Shown: positions 1 to 13,888, numbered from the stretch's first letter. The stretch is 52,679 nt of DNA from Basidioascus undulatus (GCA_000826855.1 JTLS01000012.1:1-52679), one strand, 5' to 3'. Numbers and translations are program-made. The notes: generated by a model not told the origin, from the letters alone.

Positions 1-443
1 TGCCCCGGTCCCCCCTCCCCAGCGTACCCGCCGAATACCTGCCCGCCTCCCCCGCCGCGCCGCCCCTGCCCCTGGGGCGCACCAGCGCGTTCTGAATTCT
101 GCGGCACCGCGAACCCGGGTCATCGCGAGTCGTTGAGAGAGGCTACAGTACACGGGGGGAAAGACGGCGGGAGGGCCTCTTTGACCAGTGGACGAGTTAA
201 CTTAATACGTCGCTGCGTTACCATGATGTGTGTATTCAATGGAGTTTTGCTATCATCACAGGACGAGGGCGAAGCAGGACGAGCTTTTTCTTCTTTGAAG
301 AAGGTATGGCACTGCCCTGAAAAGTGGGAAAGGTCTATGAATTGACAGTTGTAGAGACGTTCGATCGAAGACAGAGATTGTAGAACGACGGTAGAGGCGA
401 GGTGAGTTTGAGCAAGAGACTGTAATTAGACAGGGATTATTTT

Positions 444-614
444 TCAGTAAAACACGATGTGGTTTGAGACGGCGTGCATTACATGATGTTCCTTGCATAC
501 GAGCGGGAGAGCGCAACGAGTCGCTGTAGCTTGCGAGCTCGTCCCGGCCATGGCGAACGCCAGGATGCGTGAGGTGACCTCGGGAGGTAGGAAGCGAAGT
601 GGGCTGGCATTCAT
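444..614 (-). pseudogene. F-box-like N-terminal gene remnant
   Basis: MNASPLRFLPPEVTSRILAFA...RCALPLVCKE resembles the LPxEV..I...L.LVCK F-box-like start common in basidiomycete accessory proteins. It stops after 56 codons, and downstream frames are broken. Confidence 0.35.
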
Positions 615-2257
615 TCTGGTGTTGAACTGCGAGGTAGACTGAGTAAGGGTGAAAGTGGGTAGTGGGAACGGGACGGTGAGGATGGGACCGAGGGCGGCGG
701 AATGACCGAACTTTCCCGGCCTCGTCGATCTCAGCATAGTGAGCCGCAGGTCCCGACTTCGGTGCGTAGGGTGCGGGCGCGCATTAATTTGTGTTAAAAC
801 TCACGCAGGCAATTCAACCTTCATTTCGAAGCTGATTGGGTACCTGAGTCATAGGTCTGATCAGGCTACACCGAGTCAAAGGCCAAAGGCCAAGGGTGCA
901 GTTGAGGCAAGATACCACACTGCTGCATTGAATTTATTCATTGATCGATAAAGGACCGCTCCTTCAGAGCGATCCAACTCTTGAGTCCATATGTACGTCC
1001 CCCTTCAGCGCTACCTGAGCCCGACAGAGCAGGTGCGTTGAGGTGAGCATGGTGAAGCTGTTTGCTCTCCCATTCTATTACCCACTTCAAGCAACTCTGT
1101 TCCGGCAAGGTCGAAGCCATGAAGGTTGACTATTGCGTATCGAGTCAATACGGCAGCACCGTACTGTTGTTGAGGGAGTTGTGTCCTCTGTTTCACGGAG
1201 TGTCACAGGCTGCTGTACACAAACAGCGCCACTCTTCGTGGATACGGCCTCGCTCGCTCCGAAAGTATGAACCGGAGGCTCGATTAGGTAGGTTAGCAAG
1301 CATCTGTTACACTGCGCATATGGCAAGACACGGTCGACAGTTCGGTGCTGATGGCACAATGCAAGCTGCTGTTTGTACGCTGTCGGCTTTGCCTGGCTGT
1401 GAATGCCGACTCTCTGACGTCCTGGACAGACTGTAGATGCACGCAGGCCCATCCCCTATTGATGGAATACCGCTTCACGGCCAAGAACATCCTTTGCGAG
1501 CCACCCTTCATCGATCGGCTGCATGCTCTGCTTACTGAGAGGTAGACGCTAGACGGGGCCGTACGTATCCTCGGCTACACGACTTTCAGCTCTGCGAGAT
1601 GGACTCGCTGCGAGAGCGGTCAGGCGGCGATTGTTGAGGGCTGTGAATCCGTAAAAGGTAGGGTATCTTTGGATAAATGTAGATCAAGAGAAAGAGAAAC
1701 ACTCAGACTTCATGTAAACAAAGCCGCCACAACGTCGTATTCCCCCGACGGTAGGCAAGCTGCGGTGAAAACAACATTGTGGAGCTATGCCTCTGCAACG
1801 CTGTGACTGGACTGTTTCATGGGTAAAGCTTTGTTAGGTGGTCAGGGATGACATTGTAGTGAGAAAAGGTGCACCACCTTCAGCTTGCTCAGGCCAGTGG
1901 GACCAGACCGGGCCTGGTGTCGGTCTGCAGTGTGTTTGGATGCAGTGCCGCAGCAAGACCGTAGCTTGTTCTCCTTTATACCATCCCGGAATTTCAGTGG
2001 GCTGTCACAAAATGCTACAGTAGCTGTTGTTACCGCTGTTGCATCAAACCGTCCGGAGTCCCGGACGTCCCTAGTACCACTCAAGCACTCCCGCACATAA
2101 CAGTCACTGCACACAGGCCTTCGGAACAAATGGGAATCGATTTCTCGCCACCCTCTTATCCACCTTTAATACACATGGAATGGTCGAGAAAGTCAGCCAA
2201 CGCTTCGGCAGCAAAGGAATTTAGACAAAACCGTGAAATTTGGATCGACTTTCACCG

Positions 2258-2278
2258 TTTTACGCGACCGCGACGCGT
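2258..2278 (+). promoter_or_regulatory. Putative MCB-like (ACGCGT/ACGCG) cell-cycle elements upstream of TOP2
   Basis: ACGCGT at 2273-2278 and TTTACGCGA at 2258-2266, about 280 nt upstream of the TOP2 ATG. MCB boxes are known upstream of G1/S DNA-metabolism genes in yeasts. The motif is short and could be chance. Confidence 0.3.
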
Positions 2279-2553
2279 TGATCGTGGGAATCGCACAAGA
2301 AAGTCAACAAGCACGTTCAGAACTTGCCCTCGTTCCGCTCACCCAACTCGACCATCTACGCTCACCCTCCTCACCTAAGTTCAGACCCGGTCAGGTTACC
2401 GGTGACATACTCGGTGCCCTTTCATTCGTATTTGGCCGCTATCGGCACCTCGGACTCGTCCGGGCGCAGACCTCATCGCGTCCACACTGCGCGCTCATCC
2501 CCCTTCGACCCGCCCCGTCCCTCGTGTCCCCCCTCTTGCTCTCCTGCCGGTCC

Positions 2554-5500
2554 ATGTCCTCCTACTCCAAGCAGACCAAACTCGCCTTCTCCAAGGAGCC
2601 CCTCAAGGCGCGCGACAACGCCTCCGCGCTCGACTCGGACGACAACGATGACAGCATGATCCTCGACGACGACGACAGCGCTTCCGCGTTCGGCTCCGAC
2701 AGCGACGCCGCGCCCGCGCCGAAGAAGAAGGCGCCCGCTAAGCCCAAGGGCAAGGCGCCCGCGAAGCCCAAGGGCAAGGCGAAGGCGACGCTCGACTCAG
2801 ACTCGGACGAGAACGACGTGCCGGACGAGCCCCCGAAGGCCGCCGCCGCACCCAAGGCTGCGGGCAAGTCAAAGAACGCGTCGGAGACCTACGTCAAGGT
2901 GAGCCCTTTAGCGTGATGCTTGGTACGGCGGAGTGCGGCATTGACATCTATCCTCGCTGCGCAGCTCTCGCAACTGGAGCACGTCCTCAAGCGCCCCGAC
3001 ACGTCTGTTACCCTTTCCTCGCACTACCCCTCCCGACCACTGACTCCCCTCAGTTGCTTTATAGGTACATCGGGAGTATTCAAGTAGACACGCAGCCCAT
3101 GTGGGTCTTCGATCACGACACCAAGTCGATGGTTCATCGGTACGCTATCAGTCCTTCGCATCAAAGGGGCGAAGTTGACGTTCAATGACTCCACAGCGAG
3201 ATCTCCTACGTCCCTGGTCTGTACAAGATCGTCGACGAGATCGTGAGACAGCTCTGTTTCTGCGGTCCCCCGAGCTCCGTGCTGATTGTGCTGGCGGATT
3301 AGCTCGTGAACGCTGCCGACAACAAGGTGAGTTGCTTGACCTCGCCATCTCCAGCTCCACGCTCACAGCACTCTGTTTCGTTTAGACGCGCGATGCGACC
3401 ATGGACACGCTCAGGGTCGTCATCGACCGCGAGCATGGCCTCATCAGCGTCCACAACAACGGGCGCGGTATCCCCGTCGAGATGCACACCAAGGAAGGCA
3501 TTTACATTCCCGGTCCGTCCGACGCTCTCTCTTCCGCTCATGTCATCCCCGTCGAGTGCTGACCTGACTTGCCCTGCAGAGCTTATCTTCGGTTCGCTCC
3601 TCACGTCCTCGAACTACGACGACGACGACAAGAAGCTCACCGGCGGGCGCAACGGCTACGGCGCCAAGCTCGCCAACATCTACTCGACCGAGTTCGTCGT
3701 CGAGACGGCCGACAGCGCGAGCGGCAAGAAGTTCAAGCAAACGTTCCGCAATAACATGGGCGCGCGCGACAAGCCCAATATCACGGACAACAAGAAGGGC
3801 GACGACTTCACGCGCATCACGTTCAAGCCCGACTTTGCGCGCTTCGGCATGGACGGCATCGACGACTCCACCTACTCCCTCTTGTCCAAGCGCGTGTATG
3901 ACATGGCAGGGTGTCTCAAGGGCGTCAAGGTGCGCTTCATTCTCATGCTTGTTTCCCGCCTTCAGCGCTTACGATGCCGCCTGCTGCAGGTCTACCTCAA
4001 CGGCGAGGCCCTCAAGGTCAAGAACTTCAAGCAGTACGTCGACATGTACCTCGCGTCCGCGGCGAACGCGTCGGCCGCGGAGGGCGCCGCCGTGTCGAAG
4101 CCGGCTGTGATCTACGAGCAGGTCAACGACCGGTGGGAGATCGCGTTCGCGCTCTCGGACGGCGATCCGAAGCAGGTCTCATTCTGCAACTCCATAGCGA
4201 CGACCAAGGGCGGCACGCACGTCGAACACGTCGCGAACCAGCTCGCTGAGAAGGCCATTACGACCATCACGAAGAAGAACAAGGCTGCCACGGTGACGAA
4301 AAAACAGGTCAGGAAGTGCGTGTCTTCTCCGCTCTGCTGGGTCTCGGCTGCGCTGACCTTTGGGCGACTCGTCAAAGCCACATGTGGATCTTCGTCAACG
4401 CGCTCATCGAGAACCCGGCGTTCAACTCGCAAACGAAGGAGGAGCTCACGTCCAAGGCCAGCCAGTTGGGCTCGAAGTGCCCGATCTCGGAAGAGTTCAC
4501 CAAGAAGGGTGAGTTTAACACCTCGATCGCGTCATTCCTCTGCGGTTTATTGACTCAACTATACGCCGTAGTCCTCAAGTCCGGCGTCGTCGAGAACATC
4601 CTCGCGTGGGCGAAGTTCAAGGCCGACCTGAGCTTAAAGAAGACCGACACCGCCAAGCGTGCTCGGTGCGTTCGACTTTCCCACTCCTGCCCTCCTCCGC
4701 AGTACAGCTGCTGACTTCGCCCGCGTGCCCGCTAGTATCACCGGCATCCCGAAGCTCGAGGACGCCAACAGGGCGGGCACGAAGGACGGGCACAAGTGCA
4801 CGCTCATCCTGACCGAAGGAGACTCGGCCAAGACGCTCGCCGTCACGGGCCTCGGCGTCGTCGGCCGCGACCACTTCGGCGTCTTCCCGCTCCGCGGCAA
4901 GCTCCTCAACGTCCGCGACGCGACGCACCAGTCGATCATGAACAACGCCGAGATCCAGGCGATCAAGAAAATCATGGGCCTCGCGCACGGAAAGTCGTAC
5001 ACGAGCCTCCAGAGCTTGCGCTACGGGAGCTTGATGATCATGACCGACCAGGTGCGTCCCCAGCGAGGTGAAATTTTGGTGGCAGAGTAAGCGGCTCATT
5101 CAGCATGCACACGCAGGATCACGACGGCTCGCACATCAAGGGCCTGCTCATCAATTACTTCGACCACTTCTACCCGTCGCTCCTTAAGATTCCTGGGTTC
5201 CTCGTCGAGTTTATCACGCCGATCGTGAAGGTGCGCAGTGTCCGCTGTTGATATCCAGCTGTCGTGCTCGCTCGCTCACCCAACCACCGTGCCGCTCCAC
5301 AGCTCACCAAGAACAAGCAGGAGGTCGCGTTCTTCACCATGCCCGAGTACGAGCAGTGGAAGGAGGAGAACAACGAAGGCAAGGGCTGGAAGCTCAAGTA
5401 CTACAAGGTGCGTCCCTCCTGGCCCACAGTTCCACCTGTCGCAATCAGTGCCTGAACCCGCCCCGCGCACCCTCTCTCAGGGTCTCGGTACCTCGAGTGC

Positions 5501-8500
5501 GCCCGAGGCGAAGAAGTACTTCCAAGCTATCGACAAGCACATGCTGCCGTTCAAGCCGACGCAGGAGGGCGACCGCGAGCTCATCGACATGGCGTTCAAC
5601 AAGAAGAAGGCCGACGACCGCAAGGAGTGGCTGCGCAAGTTTAAGGTGCGCTCTCTCACTCACCGCGCGTGGCTTATACGACCTCGGCTGACGAGATGGA
5701 ATGAATGCCGCAGCCGGGCACGTATCTTGACCACAGCATTTCGGAGGTCCCCTTCGCCGACTTCATCAATAAGGAGCTCGTCCTCTTCTCCATGGCCGAT
5801 AACATCCGCTCCATCCCCTCCGTCGCCGACGGTCTCAAACCCGGTCAGCGTAAGGTTCTGTTCGCATGTTTCAAGCGCAACCTCAAGAACGAGATCAAGG
5901 CACGCCATTTACGCGTCTTCGGGACTCGAGCGCTGGCTGACGAGCTGTACTTGGGGAAACAGGTCGCCCAGCTCGCTGGTTACGTCTCGGAGAACACCGC
6001 GTACCACCACGGCGAACAGAGCTTGCTGCAGACCATCGTCGGCCTCGCGCAGCACTTCGTCGGCTCCAACAATCTCAACCTCCTCTCGCCCAACGGCCAA
6101 TTCGGCAGTCGTCGTGATGTGCGTTGCTGCGCGCTTCCTTTTGTCCCGCACCGCCCTGGAAGCTGATTCCTGAGTTGGCGTGTATAGGGCGGCAAGGACG
6201 CGGCCTCCCCCCGTTACATCTTCACCGACATCCCGCGCTCGACGCGCTCCGTTTTCCACAAGGATGATGACGCGATTCTGACGTACCTGAACGAGGACGG
6301 CGACACGATCGAGCCCGAGTACTACATGCCCGTTCTTCCGATGGTGCTCGTCAACGGCGCGGACGGTATCGGCACCGGTGCGTTTCATCTTGCACTCCAT
6401 CTCGTTGGACGGAGGCGCTGATTGCGCTCCCGGTTCAGGCTGGAGTACCTCGATACCCAACTACGACCCTATCGACATCGTAGCCAACCTTCGTCGGTTA
6501 ATGAAGGGCGAGGAGATGCAGCCGATGACGCCCTGGTTCCGCGGCTTCAAGGTGCGTCCTGCTCTAGCATCTGGGCCTGCTGTGGAGTGCGATCTAGAGA
6601 CTGAACTGGCCATTGGCGGGCTTCAGGGCACCGTCGAGCGCATCGGCCCGGACAAATTCAAGATCTCGGGCATCGCCGACAAGCGCGACGACGGCAAGAT
6701 CGAGATCACCGAGCTGCCTATCCGCACCTGGACTTCGCCGTACAAGGAGCAGCTCGAGCAGTGGATGGTTGGGACGGGCAAGCAGCCGCAGCTGATCAAG
6801 GCAAGTGGACCAGCTTCGTCCAGGTGGGCGTGGCGATGGCAAAGCTGACGTTGAGACCTTGCCCGTGCATTTCCACAGGACTACGTCGGCCAGGACACCG
6901 ACACGCTCGTCCACTTCACCGTCACGCTCGACAACAAGCAGGCCGAAGCCGCCGACGCCAAGGGCCTGCTCGAGTACTTCAAGCTGACGACGACCATGAG
7001 CACGACCAACATGGTGTGTTTCGACCTCGACGGCAAGATCAAGAAGTACACGTCGCCCGAGCAGATCCTCGAGGACTTCTTCGGCGCGAGGCTCAAGTAC
7101 TACCAGCTGCGCAAGGTAGGCCGCTTGCGTCGCTCTTTTCGCCGCCTCCTGTGGCTTCTCTCCGCCATGGTCTGACGAGCATTCTTTCCTCCGCAGGACT
7201 ACCTGGCCAACGAGCTCACGATTGCGTTCGAGCGGCTCTCGAACCAGGCGCGGTTCATCCAGATGATCATCAACAAGCAGCTCGTCGTCTCGAACCGAAA
7301 GAAGGCCGACGTCGTCCGCGAGCTCCGCAAGCTCGAGTTCCGGCCGTTCCCCAAGGTCAAGAAGCAGAAGGCCGCGGGCGAGGTCGAGGTCCTCGGCGAG
7401 GAGGAGGACGACGGCGCGGACTCCGACTTTGACTACCTGCTCGGCATGGCGATCTGGAACTTGACGGCGGAGAAGGTGCGTGTCTAAACCACGGGCTGTC
7501 AGCGTCAATCAACAGCTGATGGCGGTGGGACGGGCGAGCAAACAGGTCGCCAAGCTCCTGGAAGAGCGCGACGGCAAGGAGGCCGAGCTCAACACGCTGT
7601 TGAGTCTTTCGGCGACCGACATCTGGGAGAAGGACCTCAACGAGTTCCTCCAAGAGTGGGAGGTGCGTCTCATCCTCATGCGACTGCGGTCCTCGGCATC
7701 ATGCTGATTTCGCTCTTTCTCCGGACTGTCTCTCGATCCCTTCCAGGCCATCCTTCTGCAGGATGAGGAGAACCTCAAGTCCATGCCCAAGGGCAAGCAA
7801 GCGGCGGCGGGCAAGCGCGCCGCCAAGAAGGTCCAAAAGAAGCTAACGAGAGACGACGACTCGGAGGACGACTACGCGGCGAAGCCGGGTACGTTCGACG
7901 CTGGGATCTTATCACTTGGCTAGACTTGCTCACATGAGCTTGCACGCGGACTGATTCAACAGCCAAGGCGGCGAAGAAGAGCCCGCCCAAGAAGAGCCCG
8001 CCCAAGCCCAAGGCCATCCCAGCGCCGAAGAAGGAGGAGGACGAGGAGAAGCCCGCTTCCGTGGCGCCCGCTAAGAAGTCGAAAGCACTGCCGGCCAAGC
8101 GCGCATCGTATGTTTCCGTGTGGCTGTCTCAATCAGCTGGCGCCCATAATCTCACCTTCGCGTCTGGCAGATCTGAGCTTGACAACGACATCTTCGACGA
8201 GCTGCCACCCCCGTCGAAGAAGATCGCGGTGTCGTCCGCATCGGGGAGCAAGAAGAAGGCGACGGCTGCCAAGTCCGACGACTCCGAGGTCGACAACGAC
8301 GACGACGGCGACGTCGTCATGAAGCCGGCTCCTAAGGCGAAGGCGAAGGCGGCTGCGAAGCCTGCTGCGAAGCCTGCTGCGAAGCGTGCGTCCCGCTTTT
8401 TGCACTCCATCTGACAGGGACACCGTCTTACCCGAGGGCGACCTTTGTTTGAGATCAGCTAAACCGCCGGCCAAGCCCAAGGCCGGTAAGAAGGCCATCG

Positions 8501-9035
8501 ACATTAGCGACGAGTTCGTTGGCTTTCCAGTCTCTATGCAAGTTTGAGAATGGGTCTGGCTGACTTGTTCGATGCTGGCAACAGCGAATCAGACTCCGAC
8601 GCCGCTCCCGCCCCGGCGAAGAAGAAGGCGGCCGCGAAGAAGAAGGCCGAGTGCGGCCCTTCCCCACTCTCGCCTGCACCGGGCACCGTGCTTACCCCTT
8701 GCATTCCACCTTTTACAGCTCCGACTCGGACTCGGACTCCCCGCCGCCGCCGCCGAAAAAGAAAGCGGCGGCTAAGAAGGCGGCAGACTCGGATGAGAAG
8801 TGCGTTGTCTGCTTTCTCCCTCAGACTGCTCCGTGACTGACACGGCGGTCGGCTCGTCCTCAGCTCCATCATGGACTCTCCTCCCCCTGCCAAGACCGCT
8901 CTCACCGCTGTGCGCGCGCGTACTGCGCGAGCGGCAGCCAAGGCGCCGCCCAAGTACGTCGAGCTACTCGAAGACGACGACGACGACGCGGCATCCGCGT
9001 TCGACGACGACGGGTCGGACGAGGACTTTGACTGA
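2554..9035 (+). CDS. TOP2: DNA topoisomerase II (multi-exon)
   Basis: Spliced exons give EHVLKRPD, GLYKIVDEILVNAADNK, LLTSSNYDDDDKKLTGGRNGYGAKLANI (GHKL ATPase), LILTEGDSAK, PLRGKLLNV and IMTDQDHDGSHIKGL (TOPRIM), YYKGLGTS, RSIPSVADGLKPGQRK, YHHGE and GGKDAASPRYIFT (catalytic Tyr codon 6215-6217). Lys/Asp/Ser-rich tail ends EDFD-TGA (9033-9035). Tail exon boundaries are less certain. Confidence 0.97.
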
Positions 9036-10399
9036 GATGGGATGGAGGCATGGATGCTCGCGGTGAATATTATGTTTTCTCCCTTCGTTCCGAGACGATA
9101 CCCGCCCTTGTCTACATTCGCTTTACCCACTCGCTTTCATGTCAAACCCGCGCATCCTCTTCCCCCATTGCTTCTGGTTGTGATCTTTTCTTCATGCAGT
9201 CGCTATACATTATAAGCTACGTCTCTGCGAAACTGGCCGTAAACTGTTGAGTCTAGTCGGCACTGGCTTTCGAGGGTAGTCCGGTTCAATCATTTTCTCG
9301 GTCGAGTGCGGACAGTTGAGGAATAGCATCCCCTCATCGCCAAGGTTGCAACGTCAACAGCGGCTCAAGTCCACCGCCCCGCACCTCTCGCACCTCAAAG
9401 CCGCGTCGGTATTGACTATGCCAACATTAGCTGCGAGCTGATGCGAAAAGAAAAGTGTGCAATTGTATGAAAAGCAACAAAACATGCGCGTGGCAGTTGA
9501 GGATACACACAGCTCATGACCAACCACCCACTGCATCAGCTCCACCTCACCGATTGGATCGTACGCGGCCACAAGACGATATCTGAGTCCTGAGCTGGGG
9601 AGGAACATCCCATCTGGCTAACCGATCCGTTTACGGGCCATGGGCCGTCAAATTCGACAAGGCGGCAGCCCAGCCAGCCCAGGCGAGTGCAGCGCCTCAA
9701 TAAGCTGAACGGGTTGTTTCAAAGCTCAACAATATGCATTGCAGCTTATTTCCAATGCGTACATGGACCTGTATCGCGAACCTTGACTATATGGCCGGAT
9801 TTACAAACTTCGCCCCATGTAATCGATATTTGTAAAAGAAGCGTGGTCGGCCTGTTCACTGGAGGCAGCGAAGCTGCAGCGGCCGCAATTCAACACAGAC
9901 ACTGCTAGGGTACACATGTTAGCAGACAGGATTGCATGGTATGAAAATAGAAGGCGAACAGAGGGATAAAAATGGAGATCCTATGCGTATCAGCATTTGA
10001 GCTCAAAGCCGGAACCACTTGATGGACCGTTCACGGTGGCCAGAGTTGCCTACTTTCCGTTTCTGTGATTGTGCCATCCTTACCGAACTAGTTAGAATGT
10101 AGAGTATCTGATAGAGTTCTATAACCAGAGATCCTCTCAACGTCTCCCTTAATTGGGAAGCAGAGACCGCGACATGTCCCGATACCCGTACATTGGGGAA
10201 CGCCCCTACGACGCATTGCGACCATTGCAAGTCATGTCAAATCCCGACACTCGTACACCTCGTACACGAAGCCTTCGTAAATCTTGGGCACCCCGGGCGC
10301 TTCACGGCTTCCTGTTCCCCACCCCACCCCGCACAAGTTCCCTCTGATTCGGTTAGACTACATGCTTTCATTCACCCGCTCAGGCCGGAGCGACGAGGA

Positions 10400-11100
10400 C
10401 GTACGTGGATCCGGCCATAGTCTACTCCGGGCAAACCCAAACCAAGCCGGAAAACCCCGTTAGAGTTGTCAGTGCGTGGAAAACTTGGGAATGGCCGGGT
10501 TGGACCTTTCCAACGCACTTGACAGGAACGCCCACATCGAAAATCTTGTCGTGCACGAACTGGCCTTTATCATCAATGAATTTGAGGTTCTGGCTGGCTG
10601 CGCGCATGATCGCATTTGCCCCCAATCTGTCCCCATCCATCCATGGTCCAGTCGCAATCGCGTCCCCGTCCAGACATTTCAGCTATCCACATTACGCAGA
10701 AGACGCAGACTCAGTGAAGGCGCACCGTTCTGCATGCAATTGCAGTTGTCCCAGGGGGGCGCCTCGGTCAATCGGATGTTTCGGGTGCTCCATAACTGTG
10801 GGGGGAGGGAGAATCCCGTTCCGTTCGAGGGTTTGGCCGAGGAGAGACCAGGCGCGGACGAGCGTGTACCCCGGTGGCACGCTGTGTGAACGAAGGAGGA
10901 GGATGGACATTGCGCGGTGACTGAGAGCAACACAGGCACTTGAGAAGAGTGAAACGATTTGAACTGGGCATAGGTGGTTGTGACTGTAGAGGACCCGGTT
11001 GGCTGCGTCGTTCGTGGGTTGGAGGGGCGCAAGGTTAGCGTTGAGGCTCATGAATCCGTCACCGCTTTCCGACCTGTGCCCCAAGTGTGCCTGATTGGGA
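10400..11100 (-). pseudogene. Unidentified degenerate intron-containing gene remnant
   Basis: Coding-like segments (GPWMDGDRLGANAIMRAASQNLKFIDDKGQFVHDKIFDVGVPV; DYGRIH followed by a GTACGT donor) are present, but no complete frame or recognisable family. Confidence 0.25.
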
Positions 11101-11419
11101 AGGTGATGCATTTCCAAAATCTGGAATTTCCGGGCCAATATCCTTGCCAAGTATTTTTGAGATATGTGTTGGTCCCAGGAAAGTTTCGCGGCACTGCATT
11201 GTCGAGTTCGAGTCATCCGGAGTTACTGCCGCTCTGTTCCCCTTCACGGTGTGGGCAAGCGCCCTACCATTGCTCCACATTGTTACGCAAACGTGTAGTA
11301 GCTAAGTTGTACCAAAGGCGGGTATTGCAATGGACAACAGATACAATTAAACGAATGAGTCTTGTGCAACTACGACAGGGGATGTAACACAGTACCGATC
11401 GCTTCTTCGCTTCTTCGCC

Positions 11420-13008
11420 TCAACTACTTAAGCCATCCCTATGAGGAAGCGATTCAGACACCACGAATCTTATGAAAGCACGATACACATCCCTATCCAC
11501 ATCCCACGTAAAGAATCCCATATCCTTCCGGCGGCGACGGAGACGGGCCAAGCGCGAACACCCCTGTTCATCACGCATGAACTCGATCGATTGGACATGC
11601 GGGTTGTGTAAGACTGCATATGCCCATTCCATGACCGTGCCCTGTGGTATACGTAGGCATTTCACTGGCATACTTGCCAAGTTCAGCCTTTAGAGCGTCG
11701 TCGAGTGACAGTCCAGTGACCCCGAGGAAGTGAAGGCCGCCTTGTTCAATCAAACAGCGGAGAGATGACAATAACAGGCTCTAGGCAGCTTCGGCCGCCC
11801 TAAACCAGCTCTGTACCCCAAGCGTCGAAATTGCTACGAAGTCAAATGCGAGTGGAACCGTGATTGGTCGAAGACCTGTCAGAGGAGCATGGAGTCCTGC
11901 AATGCTCTCGGGGAGCTGCAGAGGGCAAAGCTTGAGCTTCAGTGTTTTGCCGGCGGTGAATGCACCCAGGATGGACTCGAAAGTGTGCCAAGCGAAAGGT
12001 GCGGCGATGACAAGCTCCGACACCCACCCAGCGGCTCCGTCGTCCTTCTCTAGATACCCCAGAACTATCCGCACTGCTTCTGCGTCGTAAGGCACACTTC
12101 TCGACCGAGATGCTTGACAGCGAGGGGTTGGAGGCGCTTGCAAATGAAAAGGGAGGACATCGCGCACGTGTTCAAAACCGCCGTGGACGAAGCTTCAGCG
12201 GGCACCACCACCCTTTCAAACAGATGCACTTCCTCCTGTGAAGAAATTTTGCCACTGTAATAATCCAAGCGCGACTTCCCCTCCTGATCGCGCACGACCT
12301 CAATCAACTGGACATGCCGGTTGTGCAAGACAAGAGAGAGCCATTCTCTTGGTGCTTTGTTTGACAAACGTACGCAGCGAACTGGAAAGCTGGCAAGCTG
12401 GGTCTGTCTGAAGAGAGTCTCCAAGCGACGGTCCGACCAGCGCGAGGGAATCAAGGCCGTCTTTTTCGGCCCAGCAGTGCAGCGCTGAGGCCACCAGGTT
12501 TCGGCACGCTCGAACAATATGGAGAAACCCATCCCAGATTTCATCCATAGGGCTGGAAAGTCGAGGGAAACTGTGGTAGGTCGCAGACCCGACAGAGGCG
12601 TAAGAAGTCCAGCGATGCTCTCGGCGGACTGGATCGGGCGGAGCCTAAGCTTCAGCGCCTTTACGGCGGGGCATGCCCCCAGGACGCTTTGAAAAATATT
12701 CGAATCGAAAGGTGCGGTGAGGACAAGCTCCGTACCCGTCCGGCGGCCCTGTCGTCCCTCTCCAGGTACTCGAGAAACGACATGCACTGTTCCTCCGTCG
12801 TGAGGCGCACTGCTCGGTAAAGATGACCGAAAGCAATGGGCTGAAGACGCTTGCATAACATCGCGCTCGTACTCCTGCTCCGGTCCGCCGTGGACGACGC
12901 GGCAGGGCTTGGGGCGGCGACTTGGGGCGGCGATGGGGTCCTCGGCGAAGTAGGTTCGAAGACGATCTGCGAGAGGAGCTCGTTCGGGAAGTCGAGGAGG
13001 TGCGGCAT
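11420..13008 (-). pseudogene. F-box-like accessory gene with internal tandem duplication, frameshifted
   Basis: Starts MPHLLDFPNELLSQI (F-box-like). Two homologous units: LCKRLQPIAFGHLYRAVRLTTEEQC..FLEYLERDD..ELVLTAPF..LRPTTV..VLHNRHVQLIEVVRDQEG, and ICKRLQPLAVKHLGREVCLTTQKQC..LGYLEKDD..ELVIAAPF..LRPITV..VLHNPHVQSIEFMRDEQG. Frame changes near 12735 and 12065, and a stop at 11781-11783. Confidence 0.6.
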
Positions 13009-13888
13009 GGTGCAGAGCTGTCGATAAAGCGATGGGCTTGGTTGGGACTTCGAGGATGTGGAGGCGATGGTGAGCGTCTGGAATCAATGCGGAGCTGGCG
13101 ACAGGTGGGGCGAGAGCAGCAGACTGCACCGCGTGCACGCTCGCTGTTACCGCTGTTGCCGTCTTCCATCGTGGGGCAAGCAAACACGAGGCAAATAGAT
13201 TCGTAGGGGCCAGAAACGAACAATGCTACAGCTCTGGTACCACACAAATAAATGCGGAAAAAAATACAGGCCCGCGGTCACAGAAAACGCGTCCATAAGG
13301 ATGGAGCGAACAACATAATACACGCCTAAGGAGAACGCATGCCCTCGAAGACGTGGGAAACGTACACCCATTGCAGAATAAAGGCAAGAGGCAATGAATG
13401 CCCGCATAAGACGAAAGAGACCGCACGCCCATAGGGACAGAGAAAGACACTACCGCGAGGATGGAGGGGAAAGTGCATAGATCGCATGCCTGAAAACAGA
13501 ATGTTTATAAGTTAGACAGGGCGGTAGCATGCCCGTAAACAACGTGCGCCTTGTACGTCTCGCGAAGGTACAATTATTGGCCTTGAGAACTACTCTGAAC
13601 ACGACATACACACAAGCCCGGCAATACACAGACGTTGGTGAACCGAAACCCTTCTTTCTTTCTTTTCATTTCGTCGTCGGGGGTACGCAGCGGCCTCAAT
13701 CCGCCGCACCCGTCGTCAAACTAAGCCAGGTAGGATGGGGGAGTGGGGGTACGAAGGTAGGTAGGGCGGAGAAGGGAGGAAAGAGATGTTGGCGGGGCGG
13801 AGGGCGGAAGAATTAGGTAGAAGCGGAGGGAAGGAGAGGGGGAGGAGGGGCGAAAGGGTAGGTAGGGAAGGGGTGAGAGGTAGGGTGT

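Noticed and set aside
938..1545. Short overlapping ORFs upstream of TOP2
   Set aside because: No recognisable motif or consistent exon structure. Possibly an old remnant, but not supportable.
13730..13888. G-rich tract downstream of the RRM gene as a functional G-quadruplex
   Set aside because: It is the complement of a CT-rich 3' UTR, a composition common throughout introns and UTRs here, with no specific evidence of function.
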